DNA of 64,000 nt from an uncultured Candidatus Saccharibacteria bacterium (GCA_964467385.1 CAYXQC010000004.1:9429-73428), one strand, 5' to 3'. Positions 49,432 through 60,266 are shown, counted from the stretch's first letter. Made by a program: numbers and translations. The notes: generated by a model from the letters alone, not told the origin.

Positions 49432-49535
49432 AAAAGGTGTACTGATCCTGCAAGGATGTAAGAAATTTTGTGAGCGACGACGAACAAAATATTCGTGACC
49501 AAACAACAATCGTAGAAGTCTATGCAGAATTCAAG

Positions 49536-49565
49536 ACCTCTCAGAAATGGGAGGTTTTGTATTAT
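49536..49565 (+). terminator. weak rho-independent terminator after rpsI
   Basis: acctc tcagaaatgg gaggt followed by TTTGTATTATT. Confidence 0.35.
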
Positions 49566-49596
49566 TCGAAAAAAATAAATTATTAAAAATGTAAAA

Positions 49597-50054
49597 ATAA
49601 AAAATCCACCGGAGAGTGCAGTTTGGCGAGCGTGAGAACTCAAACCATATACATCTCCGGTGGAAACTCAGGTAGGTGGTGTTTAGCAACCAAAACCTCC
49701 TTTGTTAACTCCTTAGCTTGAGAAAAGCTGATCAGGCGAATTCCCAGCTCGTGCCCGTGGGGACTCAGTCGATTTTGCCTTGTGGCGATGAGTAAACCCT
49801 TTCGCGCCGGCGTATTAGAAACCGGGCAGTTGAGCATATGCTTTAGTAGGAGTTTGCACTTGTGACCTGTATAGGTGGTTCCATTGGGTTCCACCTGACA
49901 AATCAGGCAAAACAAGTGCTGTATACCTATCTTTTGTACCTGTGACCAAAGCAACCACATCGGGATGCTTTACGAGGGTGCTGAACACCAATCCGTCCTC
50001 GCGTGGCCGTGCGGCCTTCTTCGGACATCCGAAGGTGAATCTCAAATACCGCAC
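49597..50054 (-). ncRNA. candidate structured non-coding RNA (~450 nt) with its own promoter and terminator; identity unresolved (RNase P RNA or tmRNA are the obvious guesses)
   Basis: Minus-strand promoter TTGACA-N16-TACTAT (50083-50088 / 50061-50066). Minus-strand terminator CCACCGGAGA...TCTCCGGTGG then TTTTTTATTTTT (49594-49663). GC-rich with many perfect hairpins (e.g. GGTGGAACCCAATGGAACCACC). The two overlapping minus ORFs have no RBS or homology. Confidence 0.45.
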
Positions 50055-50060
50055 ATGCGG

Positions 50061-50088
50061 ATAGTATCACGCTTATATGGTTTGTCAA
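50061..50088 (-). promoter_or_regulatory. sigma70-type promoter of the candidate ncRNA (TTGACA-N16-TACTAT-CCG)
   Basis: Reverse complement of 50061-50088 reads TTGACAaaccatataagcgtgaTACTAT. It shares the TACTATCCG -10/discriminator with the island promoter modules. Confidence 0.4.
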
Positions 50089-50217
50089 TATTATCGTCTT
50101 TAATTAAAAATTAACTGAATCTGAGAAAATTGGCAGAAATGGCTCTATTTTTGAGAAAATTTTGATAGCCATTTAATGTTTGCAATTTATAATACTTTTC
50201 ATTAAAATATCACCACT

Positions 50218-50832
50218 ATGACAGACCAGAACACTCGCAAAAATCAAGAAATCGAGGAGCAGGACATCGAGCTTGAGCCTATAACGGGTAGCAATAAAGA
50301 TTCAGACATAGCCGATGATGTGGTAATAGATGAAGAGACAGAGATGGGTACACCAGCTGTTGTTAAAAATCTTCGTGAAAAGCTAAAAAAAGCTGTCGAG
50401 GAAAAACAAGAGTATCTAACGGGTTGGCAAAAAGACAAAGCTGAATTCATTAATGCTCGAAAACGAGACGAAGATGCAAAGCAAGAATTTCTAAAATTTG
50501 CTAAGCAGGGAATTATAGAAGATATTCTTCCTGTGCTTGATAGTTTTGATATGGCTATGGCAAATAAAGCTTCGTGGGAATCTATTTCAGCTGAATGGAG
50601 AGGTGGAGTAGAAGGAATTTACAATCAGCTTCTTGGTGTACTCACAAAACAAGGTGTTTCGTCATTTGGAGCAATAGGTGATGCGTTTGATCCAAATCTC
50701 CACCAATCTGTTTCAATGGTTCCAACTGAAGATAAATCTAAAGACCACACAGTGGCAAACGTCCTCCAGAAGGGTTACATACTTGGAGGAAAAGTCGTAC
50801 GACCTGCTATGGTTCAAGTGTTTGAGGCTTAA
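50218..50832 (+). CDS. grpE: nucleotide exchange factor GrpE
   Basis: Coiled-coil N-terminus, then ILPVLDSFDMA...GYILGGKVVRPAMVQV, typical GrpE C-terminus. Confidence 0.85.
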   Translation: MTDQNTRKNQEIEEQDIELEPITGSNKDSDIADDVVIDEETEMGTPAVVKNLREKLKKAVEEKQEYLTGWQKDKAEFINARKRDEDAKQEFLKFAKQGIIEDILPVLDSFDMAMANKASWESISAEWRGGVEGIYNQLLGVLTKQGVSSFGAIGDAFDPNLHQSVSMVPTEDKSKDHTVANVLQKGYILGGKVVRPAMVQVFEA

Positions 50833-50912
50833 ACTTGCGGATTTTCTTTAGAGTTTTATAATTAGGTTCTAAATAGGATTTTGACCTTAAAAAGTCCTAA
50901 AAACTATCAACC

Positions 50913-51365
50913 ATGCTCACAACAGACAAGATTTTAGCTCATAAAACACATGGAAAAAACCTGATTCTTCTTACTCAGGTTGAGTCTTCATATTTCTTCG
51001 TCGTGGCACAGGTGGTTGCTACAAAATCTATCTTTTCTCGAAAAAATAGTCGTGGTCAACTCAAAGCTATTTTCCAAAGACAACTTTCCGAGTCAGAAGC
51101 TTTCGCAATTTTCAATGAACTTACAGGTACACATACAACATCACACAACACAACACCTGAACCACTTTTGCTTTCAGATGATACAAAAGCTATAGAAACA
51201 ACTCTCTCAAACAATGAGGCTATTGTCTTACTCCTAGAAGGTAAAACAGAGAAAATTGAGATTGTACTCGAAAGTACCCAGCCACAGCCTGTCGTATCTC
51301 CATATTTCCCAACAAAGGAAATCTTTCTGTCAGTACAAAAAACTCGCGCACCGGCAATTGCTTAA
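50913..51365 (+). CDS. hypothetical protein (150 aa) between grpE and dnaK
   Basis: No recognisable family. Occupies the slot where hrcA sometimes sits, but has no HrcA features. Confidence 0.4.
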   Translation: MLTTDKILAHKTHGKNLILLTQVESSYFFVVAQVVATKSIFSRKNSRGQLKAIFQRQLSESEAFAIFNELTGTHTTSHNTTPEPLLLSDDTKAIETTLSNNEAIVLLLEGKTEKIEIVLESTQPQPVVSPYFPTKEIFLSVQKTRAPAIA

Positions 51366-51528
51366 CTTTTAAGCATACGCTCATCTGCGTTTGCTTTCTA
51401 AAACATCCTCGACAGATTTTATCGGACTAAGAATTCTATTTATTCAAGTCAAATTATCCTAAATTATTCAATTATTAAATTAGTTAACTAACTCAGCGCG
51501 AAAGCGCACAAGTAAAACTACAAAACAT

Positions 51529-53448
51529 ATGGCAAAAATTATTGGTATCGATCTTGGTACAACAAACTCTGCAGTCGCAATTATGGAAGCAGGTGATCCG
51601 AAAATCCTCGAAAACGTAGAGGGTGCACGGACGACTCCTTCGATTGTAGCTGTATCAAAAAACAACGAACGACTTGTTGGACTTCTTGCAAAACGACAAT
51701 CTGTTACAAATCCAAAGAATACAGTGTACGGAATCAAACGATTCATTGGACACAGCTTCGACGAATCAGGTGTACAACAGGACAAAAAGACTGTCCCATA
51801 TGAAGTTGTAAAAGCAGACAATAATGGTGTTAAAGTTAAGCTTTCTGATAAGGATTATTCTCCTGAGGAAATTTCAGCTATGATTCTTACAAAGCTTAAG
51901 AATGATGCCGAAGCAAAGCTTGGTGAAAAAATCACAGAAGCTATTATCACTGTTCCTGCATACTTTAATGACGCACAACGACAGGCCACAAAGGATGCTG
52001 GAAAAATTGCAGGTCTTGATGTAAAGCGAATTATCAATGAACCGACAGCTGCAGCTCTTGCATACGGGTTCAACAAAAAGAAAGATGAGAAAGTAGCTGT
52101 GTTCGACTTTGGAGGAGGAACATTCGATATATCTATTCTTGAAGTGGGTGATGATGTGGTAGAAGTAAAATCTACTGACGGCGACCATCGACTCGGGGGA
52201 CGAGATATTGACTACAAAGTGTTGAACTGGATTGCTGATGAATTCAAGAAAGATCAAGGAATTGATGTGCGAGGTGATGCCCTTGCAATGCAGCGACTCG
52301 ACGAAGCTGCTGAAAAAGCAAAGATAGAACTTTCAACATCTATTGAAACTGAAATCAACATTCCATTCATCACATCTGATGCCTCAGGTCCTAAGCACCT
52401 TGTGATGAAACTTACTCGAGCAAAGCTTGATGAGATTGCTGATGAATTCGTTGAACGTGCAATGCAGATTACAAAGCGAGCTATCGAGGCTTCACCATTC
52501 AAGGTTGGAGAGATCAATGAAGTGATTCTTGTTGGTGGGCAGACACGAATGCCAAAGATTCAGAAAGCTGTAAAAGATTTCTTTGGTAAGGAACCAAACC
52601 AGAGTATCAACCCTGATGAGGTAGTAGCCCTTGGTGCTGCAATTCAAGGAGGTGTGATCTCAGGTGATGTAAAAGGCATTCTTCTTCTTGATGTGATTCC
52701 ACTTTCACTCGGTATCGAAACTATGGGTGGAGTTGCCACAAAACTCATTGAAAAGAATACAACTATTCCATCATCAAAGTCACAGGTATTCTCAACTGCA
52801 GCCGATAATCAAACATCTGTAGAAATTCACATTACTCAAGGTGAACGAGCTATGGCTGCAGACAACAAATCACTTGGACGATTTATCCTTGATGGAATTC
52901 CACCAGCTCCACGTGGTATGCCACAGGTTGAAGTAACATTCGATGTGGATGCAAACGGTATTCTTAGCGTAAAGGCGAAAGATAAAGCAACAGGCAAAGA
53001 ACAGTCTATTCGAATTGAAGCAAGTTCAGGCCTTTCAAAAGACGATATTGAGAAAATGAAGAAGGATGCTGAAACTCACGATGCTGAAGATAAGAAAAAG
53101 AAAGATGAGATCGAAGTGAAAAACACAGCTGATCATATTATTTACTCTGCCGAAAAAGCAGTGAAGGACAATAAAGATAAGGTTGGCGCAGATATTGTTT
53201 CTGGAGTTGAAGCTAAAATCACTGCAGCAAAAACTGCACGAGACGCATCACCTACAGACATTGAAACTATCAAGAAAGCCACAGAAGAACTTTCAACTGA
53301 AATGTCTAAGATTGGTGAAGCTATGAGTAAGGCTGGCAGCAATAGCACAGCAGGTGCTGACACAGGCGCTGGAGGAAACACAGATGGTTCAAGTACTGAC
53401 ACAGAAGCTGACTCTGGTGAAAAAGTAAGAGATGCTGAGACAAAATAA
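51529..53448 (+). CDS. dnaK: molecular chaperone DnaK (Hsp70)
   Basis: [42 protein letters not shown]. Confidence 0.95.
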   Translation: MAKIIGIDLGTTNSAVAIMEAGDPKILENVEGARTTPSIVAVSKNNERLVGLLAKRQSVTNPKNTVYGIKRFIGHSFDESGVQQDKKTVPYEVVKADNNGVKVKLSDKDYSPEEISAMILTKLKNDAEAKLGEKITEAIITVPAYFNDAQRQATKDAGKIAGLDVKRIINEPTAAALAYGFNKKKDEKVAVFDFGGGTFDISILEVGDDVVEVKSTDGDHRLGGRDIDYKVLNWIADEFKKDQGIDVRGDALAMQRLDEAAEKAKIELSTSIETEINIPFITSDASGPKHLVMKLTRAKLDEIADEFVERAMQITKRAIEASPFKVGEINEVILVGGQTRMPKIQKAVKDFFGKEPNQSINPDEVVALGAAIQGGVISGDVKGILLLDVIPLSLGIETMGGVATKLIEKNTTIPSSKSQVFSTAADNQTSVEIHITQGERAMAADNKSLGRFILDGIPPAPRGMPQVEVTFDVDANGILSVKAKDKATGKEQSIRIEASSGLSKDDIEKMKKDAETHDAEDKKKKDEIEVKNTADHIIYSAEKAVKDNKDKVGADIVSGVEAKITAAKTARDASPTDIETIKKATEELSTEMSKIGEAMSKAGSNSTAGADTGAGGNTDGSSTDTEADSGEKVRDAETK

Positions 53449-53575
53449 TCAGTGAAATATTCAGTGCTGAAAATTAACTAACGTATTTGTTCAGTTTCCG
53501 AGCGCAAAAAATTCGCGAAAATTGCGCTCGGTATATTGAGCAAATCTGATATCCCACTCAATCAAAATAAATTAT

Positions 53576-54769
53576 ATGTCAAAAGATTATTATAAAATTT
53601 TAGGAGTCGACAAAAGTGCAAGTAAAGACGAAATCAAAAAAGCATTTCGTAAAATGGCACATGAGCATCATCCAGACAAAACAGGCGGGGACGACAAAAA
53701 GTTTAAAGAAGTGAACGAAGCGTATTCAGTATTATCTGATGACAGTAAAAAAGCACAGTATGACCAATTCGGAAGTGAAGGGCCATCTGGATTTGGTGGT
53801 AGTACAGGTTATGGCAGCCAAGGAGGCTTCGGTGGTTTCGATTTTAGTGGATTCACTGGTGGACAAGGCTTTGGTGGTTTTGGAGGTGGTGATGGAGTAG
53901 AATTTGATTTGGGAGACATCTTCGGCAGTGTATTTGGTGGAGGAACACGTGGTGGTCGTGGAGGGAGGGTAAAAACACCCAAAGGTTCTGACATCTCAGT
54001 TGATTTAGAGATCTCATTTAAAGAATCAATCTTTGGGGCTGAAAAAGAGTTCTCACTACATCGAACAATGGAATGCTCACATTGCAAAGGTACTCGTGCT
54101 GAAGCAAAATCTAATGGAGACAAAGCTAGTGCTAGTGACTTTGATACATGTAAAACATGTGATGGCTCAGGTCAGATTATAGAAACACGAAGAAGTATGT
54201 TCGGTGCATTTCAATCTGCGCATCTTTGTGACACATGTGCCGGTACTGGAAAAATTCCAAAGCATAAATGTTCAATATGCAAAGGAAAGGGAATCGAGCA
54301 CAAAAAAGACACAATCACAGTTATTATTCCAGCTGGAATCGAAGCAAGTGAAATGCTTCGAGTTCATGGAAAAGGTGAAGCGGTAACTGGTGGTACAACT
54401 GGTGACCTTTATATCCGAGTACATATTCGTCACACTTCAAGCGATTCTCATATTGTCAAAAAAGGTACAAACTTGGAAATGGATCATACTATTAAACTTT
54501 CAGATGCACTTCTTGGCGGCGAAAGCGACATTGAAACACTTGATGGAGTAATAACGATGACAATTCCCCAAGGTATTACTCATGGTGAAATTCTTCGTGT
54601 TAAAAATAAAGGTGTACCATATGGCGCAGGTGCTAGCAACCCAAATACTTCAACCGCATCAAGCACAAAGCGTGGCGATTTAATGGTTCATATTAAAGTG
54701 AATATTCCATCAAAATTATCTAAAAATGCTAAAAAGTTGATTGAGGAATTAAAGAAAGAGGGGATTTAA
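53576..54769 (+). CDS. dnaJ: molecular chaperone DnaJ (J domain, G/F region, four CxxCxGxG zinc fingers)
   Basis: [64 protein letters not shown]. Confidence 0.95.
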   Translation: MSKDYYKILGVDKSASKDEIKKAFRKMAHEHHPDKTGGDDKKFKEVNEAYSVLSDDSKKAQYDQFGSEGPSGFGGSTGYGSQGGFGGFDFSGFTGGQGFGGFGGGDGVEFDLGDIFGSVFGGGTRGGRGGRVKTPKGSDISVDLEISFKESIFGAEKEFSLHRTMECSHCKGTRAEAKSNGDKASASDFDTCKTCDGSGQIIETRRSMFGAFQSAHLCDTCAGTGKIPKHKCSICKGKGIEHKKDTITVIIPAGIEASEMLRVHGKGEAVTGGTTGDLYIRVHIRHTSSDSHIVKKGTNLEMDHTIKLSDALLGGESDIETLDGVITMTIPQGITHGEILRVKNKGVPYGAGASNPNTSTASSTKRGDLMVHIKVNIPSKLSKNAKKLIEELKKEGI

Positions 54770-54836
54770 AATAATTTTCCACAACTTTAGCTAAATGTAA
54801 CCGTGCGAGTATGTTTACTTGCTATACTACTAGCAT

Positions 54837-55316
54837 ATGATTTCATTTAACATCACGCTCGTTATCGTTATCGCAATTCTTACTGCACTTACTTTTTACA
54901 AAGGAAAAGGACTTTTGTTTTCACTTCTTGTGAGTTTTTATCCTGCTTCGATCATGTACGCTTCATTTCCATACAAAGCGAAGTTTTTATTCTCGACCGC
55001 TTCGGCACAAAACACCTTTTACTCACATTTAGGAATATTCGCAGTTTTCTTTATTCTTTCATTTCTCGTAGCTCGAAGAATTGTCCATTCAGATGGTACA
55101 CGAGGTGGTTTTATTGGTTTTCTTGATGCACTTCTCCTTTCTGCATCAGTTGTAGTCCTTACAGTTGCACTCACATTCCATATTCTCCCGTATAGAGATA
55201 TTTATAGTCTCGGTGCACAGTTCCAAAACTTCTTCAGTGGATCTCTTGGATATTTCGTATCGATTATTTCACCAATGGCAGTTTTGTATTACATGACAGG
55301 TAGAAATTATTACTAA
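54837..55316 (+). CDS. hypothetical small integral membrane protein (4 TM)
   Basis: Four hydrophobic segments. No motif recognised. Confidence 0.4.
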   Translation: MISFNITLVIVIAILTALTFYKGKGLLFSLLVSFYPASIMYASFPYKAKFLFSTASAQNTFYSHLGIFAVFFILSFLVARRIVHSDGTRGGFIGFLDALLLSASVVVLTVALTFHILPYRDIYSLGAQFQNFFSGSLGYFVSIISPMAVLYYMTGRNYY

Positions 55317-55517
55317 AAAATTCCATAAATTCAGCAATTTTCATATACCTGTGTTCAGAATTTTCGCAAAACGGACCGTGATACGCGATACAGAACAGTA
55401 TAAATTGCCCCTTCGCCATAAATCCTGTATAATTGAACTACTTTGGTATTTCGCTACCACTTCATTGCGCAATGCGATGCATTAGCATTCCATTGACCGA
55501 AACCATAGAAACTAAAC

Positions 55518-56306
55518 ATGTCAGAAACACCAATTCAAAATCAAAATCTCTCCCAGATAGGGAGTAGTGTTGCTGTAAATTATCCAAAGCCGGAACTTCT
55601 CGCCGACGATTCTAAAGGAGTCGTCATTTTTTTAAACGAAAGTCTCGATATTGTACGGAGAAATATAGCGGATTTTCTGTCTCATTGGACATCACGTATT
55701 GTCCAAAACATCGGGACTATCTTTTTCAGGATTTTATTTCATTCTTTTTTTAAGATGCAGATTAAAGGTGCGAAATGGATGCGTCGAGCTCATGGACCAG
55801 CACTAATCGTTTCAAATCACATCGCACCTTATGATAGTTTTATGTTCCATCTCTTCTTCCGAATCGGATCACCGCTTTTGCCACTTCGATTCATGGGAGT
55901 CCTGAAGTTCAGTGCACCATTTCTAAATTTCCTCAGCAGAATTGGTATCGTACAAGTTATTTACTTATTGTTTGGCGTATTCGTAATCATCCAAGGTGAA
56001 GGAGTTGAAAAAGCATTGGTAAATGCTCGAAGAATTTTGAAGCAGGGCGGTACGGTAGTGATTTTCCCAGAAGGTAAAATGTCTCGAAATGGTCAGATTG
56101 GGGAGTTCAAGAAAGGCGCAGCAATACTCGCAAAAGAGACAGGTGTACAAGTTATCCCGGTATCCGTAAAGAAAACCAAGCGAGCGGTCCGAAATCTTAT
56201 AAACATAAATGTAGGTAAACCGTTTGCTATAGAAAAATCGATGAGCACCGAAGATGCAATACAAAAGATGCGTGATACTGTCCTAAATCTGCACTTATTA
56301 AATTAA
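55518..56306 (+). CDS. plsC: 1-acyl-sn-glycerol-3-phosphate acyltransferase-like (PlsC family)
   Basis: HX4D motif VSNHIAPYDSF. FPEGKMSRNG block. Confidence 0.75.
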   Translation: MSETPIQNQNLSQIGSSVAVNYPKPELLADDSKGVVIFLNESLDIVRRNIADFLSHWTSRIVQNIGTIFFRILFHSFFKMQIKGAKWMRRAHGPALIVSNHIAPYDSFMFHLFFRIGSPLLPLRFMGVLKFSAPFLNFLSRIGIVQVIYLLFGVFVIIQGEGVEKALVNARRILKQGGTVVIFPEGKMSRNGQIGEFKKGAAILAKETGVQVIPVSVKKTKRAVRNLININVGKPFAIEKSMSTEDAIQKMRDTVLNLHLLN

Positions 56307-56386
56307 AATTAGTTCTAAAAAACACTCTAGCTGTAAGAATTAGAGTATTAAAGATTAATAAAATATAAATAAAAAATCTAAAATTC

Positions 56387-57484
56387 ATGAAAAAATTTGC
56401 ATTCCTAGTACACCCCCGAGATAACAGAGACTTCCTTCGAAGATTCCCTTATCTATCATTTTTACCTGAGCGAGTTTTAAGATTTATCACCCGTCACATG
56501 CCACCAGTCATCGTATCTCATATAACTGGTCTCAAAGATCGACAAGGAAACCCTGTCGACGGTATGATTATCGCTGTAACAATGACCGCTCGACAGATGA
56601 TGGAAGAGAGAGCCGCAGCGCTTAAGAAAATTATTCAAGCTTCTAAGTTCGCTGAAAAACGAGGCGTCGGTATTATAGGCTTCGGTGCTCTCACTGCTTC
56701 ACTCTCAAAGGGTGGGCTTGATGTTTTACCACATGTAAAGGAAATGGGTGTAACAACTGGCCGAATTTATACCATAAAGACAGTAACTGATTATGTTAAA
56801 AAATGCATTACTGATTTTGGATATGACCCGAGAAAAGTAAAACTTGCAGTAGTGGGCGCAGGTGGATCCATTGGTTCTGGTTGTGCCAAATTGCTTGCTG
56901 AGTACGGTGTAAAAAATATTCTCCTCATCGATGTACAAAAACGTGCTGATCATCTCAAAAAACAACTTGAACATCTTAGGGGTGTATATAGTGATCTAGA
57001 TATCGAGACATCTCATGCTATTTCTTCTATAAAAGGATGGGATGTTGTGATTACAGCTACAAACTCACCAGAAGCCGTGCTTTCAAGCGAAGATATTTCC
57101 CCTGGAACAATTATCGTAAATGATGCACAACCATCTGATGTACCACCTCATATTATCCGAGAGCGAGACGATATTCTAGTTATCGAAGGTGGAGTGATCA
57201 CAACACCGGGTATTAAGTGCAATTTTAATCTTGGTCTTGCAGATAGGGAAGATACATTCTGTTGTTTAGGTGAAATTCTTGTACTTGCACATAATCAAAA
57301 GTTTAACCACTTCACAGTTGGTGAAGCTGATATGACGTTATTACCAGAAATTATTGAAATGGAAAAAGAACTCGGATTCAGGATTGCAAAATTCCAAAAC
57401 TCTCCACAACGACACATCCCAGAATCACAAATCGAAAAAGTGAAGGAAATTATTCGTGCGCGAATCAAAATCGTACAGAGTTAG
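56387..57484 (+). CDS. acyl-ACP reductase-like NAD(P)-dependent oxidoreductase (AAR family homolog)
   Basis: Resembles cyanobacterial acyl-ACP reductase: FAFLVHP (cf. FGLIGHL), IIGFGALTASL (cf. ISALGGFTSI), LAVVGAGGSIGSGCAKLL (cf. VAVVGATGDIGSAVCRWL), and a conserved Cys region. Confidence 0.55.
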   Translation: MKKFAFLVHPRDNRDFLRRFPYLSFLPERVLRFITRHMPPVIVSHITGLKDRQGNPVDGMIIAVTMTARQMMEERAAALKKIIQASKFAEKRGVGIIGFGALTASLSKGGLDVLPHVKEMGVTTGRIYTIKTVTDYVKKCITDFGYDPRKVKLAVVGAGGSIGSGCAKLLAEYGVKNILLIDVQKRADHLKKQLEHLRGVYSDLDIETSHAISSIKGWDVVITATNSPEAVLSSEDISPGTIIVNDAQPSDVPPHIIRERDDILVIEGGVITTPGIKCNFNLGLADREDTFCCLGEILVLAHNQKFNHFTVGEADMTLLPEIIEMEKELGFRIAKFQNSPQRHIPESQIEKVKEIIRARIKIVQS

Positions 57485-57585
57485 TTGAAATTACACAAAT
57501 ATAAGTATAGAAAATTACGTAAATTTAACCACTAAATAAAAGTCATAGTATAATAAACCTACACGGATAAACAAATCTTGAAATC

Positions 57586-59244
57586 ATGGATGCGATTACA
57601 CTATCACTTATCATAATTGCAATAATTAACGCTGCGTTGGGTTTTCTTCTTCTCTCCGATAGAAATAAATATCACGCGAGCAGTGTATATGCAATAAACG
57701 TGGTGATGATTTTGTCATGGGTTGGAGGTATTTTATTTTACCGATGGTCAAACCAAGAAGACATTGTAAATTGGACAAAGGCATTGTACACATCCGCAAC
57801 GCTTATCGCGAGTAGTTTTCTATATTTCACATACATTTTTCCTGAACGAGAAGGGTATTTCAGTTGGACAAAAAAAGTCTTGTTTGCATTGCCAAACATT
57901 ATTGTTGCTACGCTTGTTATTTGGACAGATAAGATAATCTCAGGGGCAACAGTTATGGTTGAGGAAGAGAATAAAATTAGTTTTGGCACATATTATCCGC
58001 TCTACATTCTCTATATCCTCTCGTATTTCATGTTTGGTTTTTATCGATTAATCATGAAGTATCGACGCATTACAGATAAAAGTCAAAAGCAGCAGATTAT
58101 TTTTGTACTGATCGGGTATATCATTTCTGCGAACATCAGCTTTATTACAAATCTGATCTTACCATGGTTTGGAATCTTTTATTTCAACTGGCTTGGCCAG
58201 GTTTCTACTGTAACCATGATTGCATTTGCAACCTACGCAATCATTGAGCATCAACTTTTTAACATTAAAGCTGTTGCTACTGAGCTTTTGATTGGTGTAC
58301 TCTGGATCTTCCTTCTTATTCGTACCATCCTCGCTGCAGATGCGACAGAACGATTCCTTAATGGTGGAATGTTCATTGTATCCATTATCCTTGGTTACTT
58401 CCTTATCCGAAGCGTCAAAAGTGAAATTGCACAACGAGAAAAGATTGAAAATTTGGCAAAAGAACTCGAGGATACCAACATTCACCTACAGGAACTTGAT
58501 CAGCAAAAGTCTGAATTCGTATCGCTCGCATCACATCAGCTTCGAGGTCCACTCACCGCAATTAGAGGGTATGCATCCATGCTTCTTGACGGTGACTTTG
58601 GGACCGTTCAGCCTGAAGCAAAAGATGCTATTGATAAAATTTTCGCCTCAACAAAAGATCTTCTCGTGGTGGTGGAAGATTATCTCAATGTTTCTCGAAT
58701 CGAACAGGGTAGGATGCAATATGACTACAGTGTATTTGATTTGCGTGAACTTGCCGCGACTGTTGTGACCGAACTTCGACCAAACATAGAACGTGCGCAT
58801 TTAAAAATTGACTATGACTATGACATGCATGGCGATTATCGAGTTAATGCAGACATCGGTAAAATCAAACAAGTTATAAGCAATTTGATAGACAATGCCA
58901 TCAAGTACACACCAACTGGAAGTATCCACGTGTGGTTGACACACGGTTCAAAGGAAACCCTATCCGCAGATCCTGCTCAGAACTCTACGCAGACTATGGA
59001 TATGTATCGAATTCTTCTTTGTATTTCTGATACTGGTGTAGGAATTTTACCAGAAGTTTTACCTCGTCTTTTTGAAAAATTCACCCGTGCACCCGACGCG
59101 TCAAAAACAAATATCATGGGAACAGGTCTCGGTTTATACGTTGCTAGAAAAATGATCGAAGCACATGGCGGAAAAATCTGGGCTGAATCAGCCGGAGCAG
59201 GCAAAGGCTCAACGTTCTTTATTGAGCTTAAGTGTGTTGAGTGA
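57586..59244 (+). CDS. sensor histidine kinase (polytopic membrane domain, HisKA, HATPase_c), paralog 3
   Basis: H-box SLASHQLRGPLTAIRGYASML. DTGVGI, GTGLGLYVARKMIEAHGGKIWAES. Confidence 0.8.
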   Translation: MDAITLSLIIIAIINAALGFLLLSDRNKYHASSVYAINVVMILSWVGGILFYRWSNQEDIVNWTKALYTSATLIASSFLYFTYIFPEREGYFSWTKKVLFALPNIIVATLVIWTDKIISGATVMVEEENKISFGTYYPLYILYILSYFMFGFYRLIMKYRRITDKSQKQQIIFVLIGYIISANISFITNLILPWFGIFYFNWLGQVSTVTMIAFATYAIIEHQLFNIKAVATELLIGVLWIFLLIRTILAADATERFLNGGMFIVSIILGYFLIRSVKSEIAQREKIENLAKELEDTNIHLQELDQQKSEFVSLASHQLRGPLTAIRGYASMLLDGDFGTVQPEAKDAIDKIFASTKDLLVVVEDYLNVSRIEQGRMQYDYSVFDLRELAATVVTELRPNIERAHLKIDYDYDMHGDYRVNADIGKIKQVISNLIDNAIKYTPTGSIHVWLTHGSKETLSADPAQNSTQTMDMYRILLCISDTGVGILPEVLPRLFEKFTRAPDASKTNIMGTGLGLYVARKMIEAHGGKIWAESAGAGKGSTFFIELKCVE

Positions 59245-59381
59245 TTTGACCATTCTATTTTGATAAGCTAGCATATTGTAAATTTGTCAAGGATTTAGCA
59301 GAGACTTGCAAGCTTCGCTCGACCGAGACTAATCTCAGTTTTTTGAAATAGCAACCAATATAGAAAGAGAGGCAACAACTC

Positions 59382-60266
59382 ATGAAAGTAACAGATAGGC
59401 ATATAGTTATCGCACCACCAGCCTTTTTCGTCGAAGTGCTTTTGAAGGCTTTGGTAGATTTCCTGAAAAGCTTCGGCTATCAGGTCCATCTTGTCTCGTA
59501 CGAAAAAAATTGGTCAATGGAGGATTGTTACGAGAGTGTATGCAAAAAAGTCGAAGAAGTGGAACAGACTATCTTTGGCTATCCAAACGCACACTTTAGC
59601 AACATGAACCATCACATGGTTTACCTGATTGGCATCTCAAAAGGCGCTCCACTGGTTCACCGTCTTGCGCAATGTACACCAGGACGTTTCAGTGGAGTCA
59701 TGCTCTACAGCTCGCCATGGATGGGAGGTTGGCCAATTTGGTCGACACTGTTTACCATATTCCTTACATCAAGTTATTTTTGGCCGATCTTTAGAAAGAA
59801 AGGTCAGATTAGGCTTAAAGAGAAGGATGTCAGGAGCCTTCTTTATGGAGGTCAGGATGGTGGAGAGATCGAGAATCTGACCAAGATTGTTTCAGAATCG
59901 GGTCTGATTTACTATGAACTTTTGAAGGGTTCAATGTTGCCCAACATATACCCTGAACTTCGCTATGCAATCATCAGTGCCAGCAAGGAAAAATTTCACA
60001 GAAACAGTGCAAAGAAGCGCTTCAGCAAGAGGTGTGTGAATGCCTGCTACTGCGAGCTCGAAGGTTCACATTTTGGCTTGCTGGACGATCGTCTCTTTCT
60101 TGAATTCGTAGCAGGAGAAGTCTCCTGCGCGTTTTCAGGTAAGGGCCGTATTAAAGATGGAAACACCTCTTCCGACCCGAGAATTCCTGATGCAGATGAA
60201 TCAGACGTTGACGGTGATGCCCTTGTGGTGAATCGAAAATTCAGCGGATTCGTACGCGTTCCATAA
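59382..60266 (+). CDS. hypothetical alpha/beta-hydrolase-like protein, GC-richer than neighbours
   Basis: GxSxG-like nucleophile elbow LIGISKGAPL. No clear catalytic triad assignment. Confidence 0.4.
   Translation: MKVTDRHIVIAPPAFFVEVLLKALVDFLKSFGYQVHLVSYEKNWSMEDCYESVCKKVEEVEQTIFGYPNAHFSNMNHHMVYLIGISKGAPLVHRLAQCTPGRFSGVMLYSSPWMGGWPIWSTLFTIFLTSSYFWPIFRKKGQIRLKEKDVRSLLYGGQDGGEIENLTKIVSESGLIYYELLKGSMLPNIYPELRYAIISASKEKFHRNSAKKRFSKRCVNACYCELEGSHFGLLDDRLFLEFVAGEVSCAFSGKGRIKDGNTSSDPRIPDADESDVDGDALVVNRKFSGFVRVP

Noticed and set aside
49640-50054. 106-aa and 79-aa minus-strand ORFs in the rpsI-grpE spacer
   Set aside because: No RBS and no homology. The region is GC-rich with perfect hairpins and has its own promoter and terminator, so it is better explained as a structured RNA.
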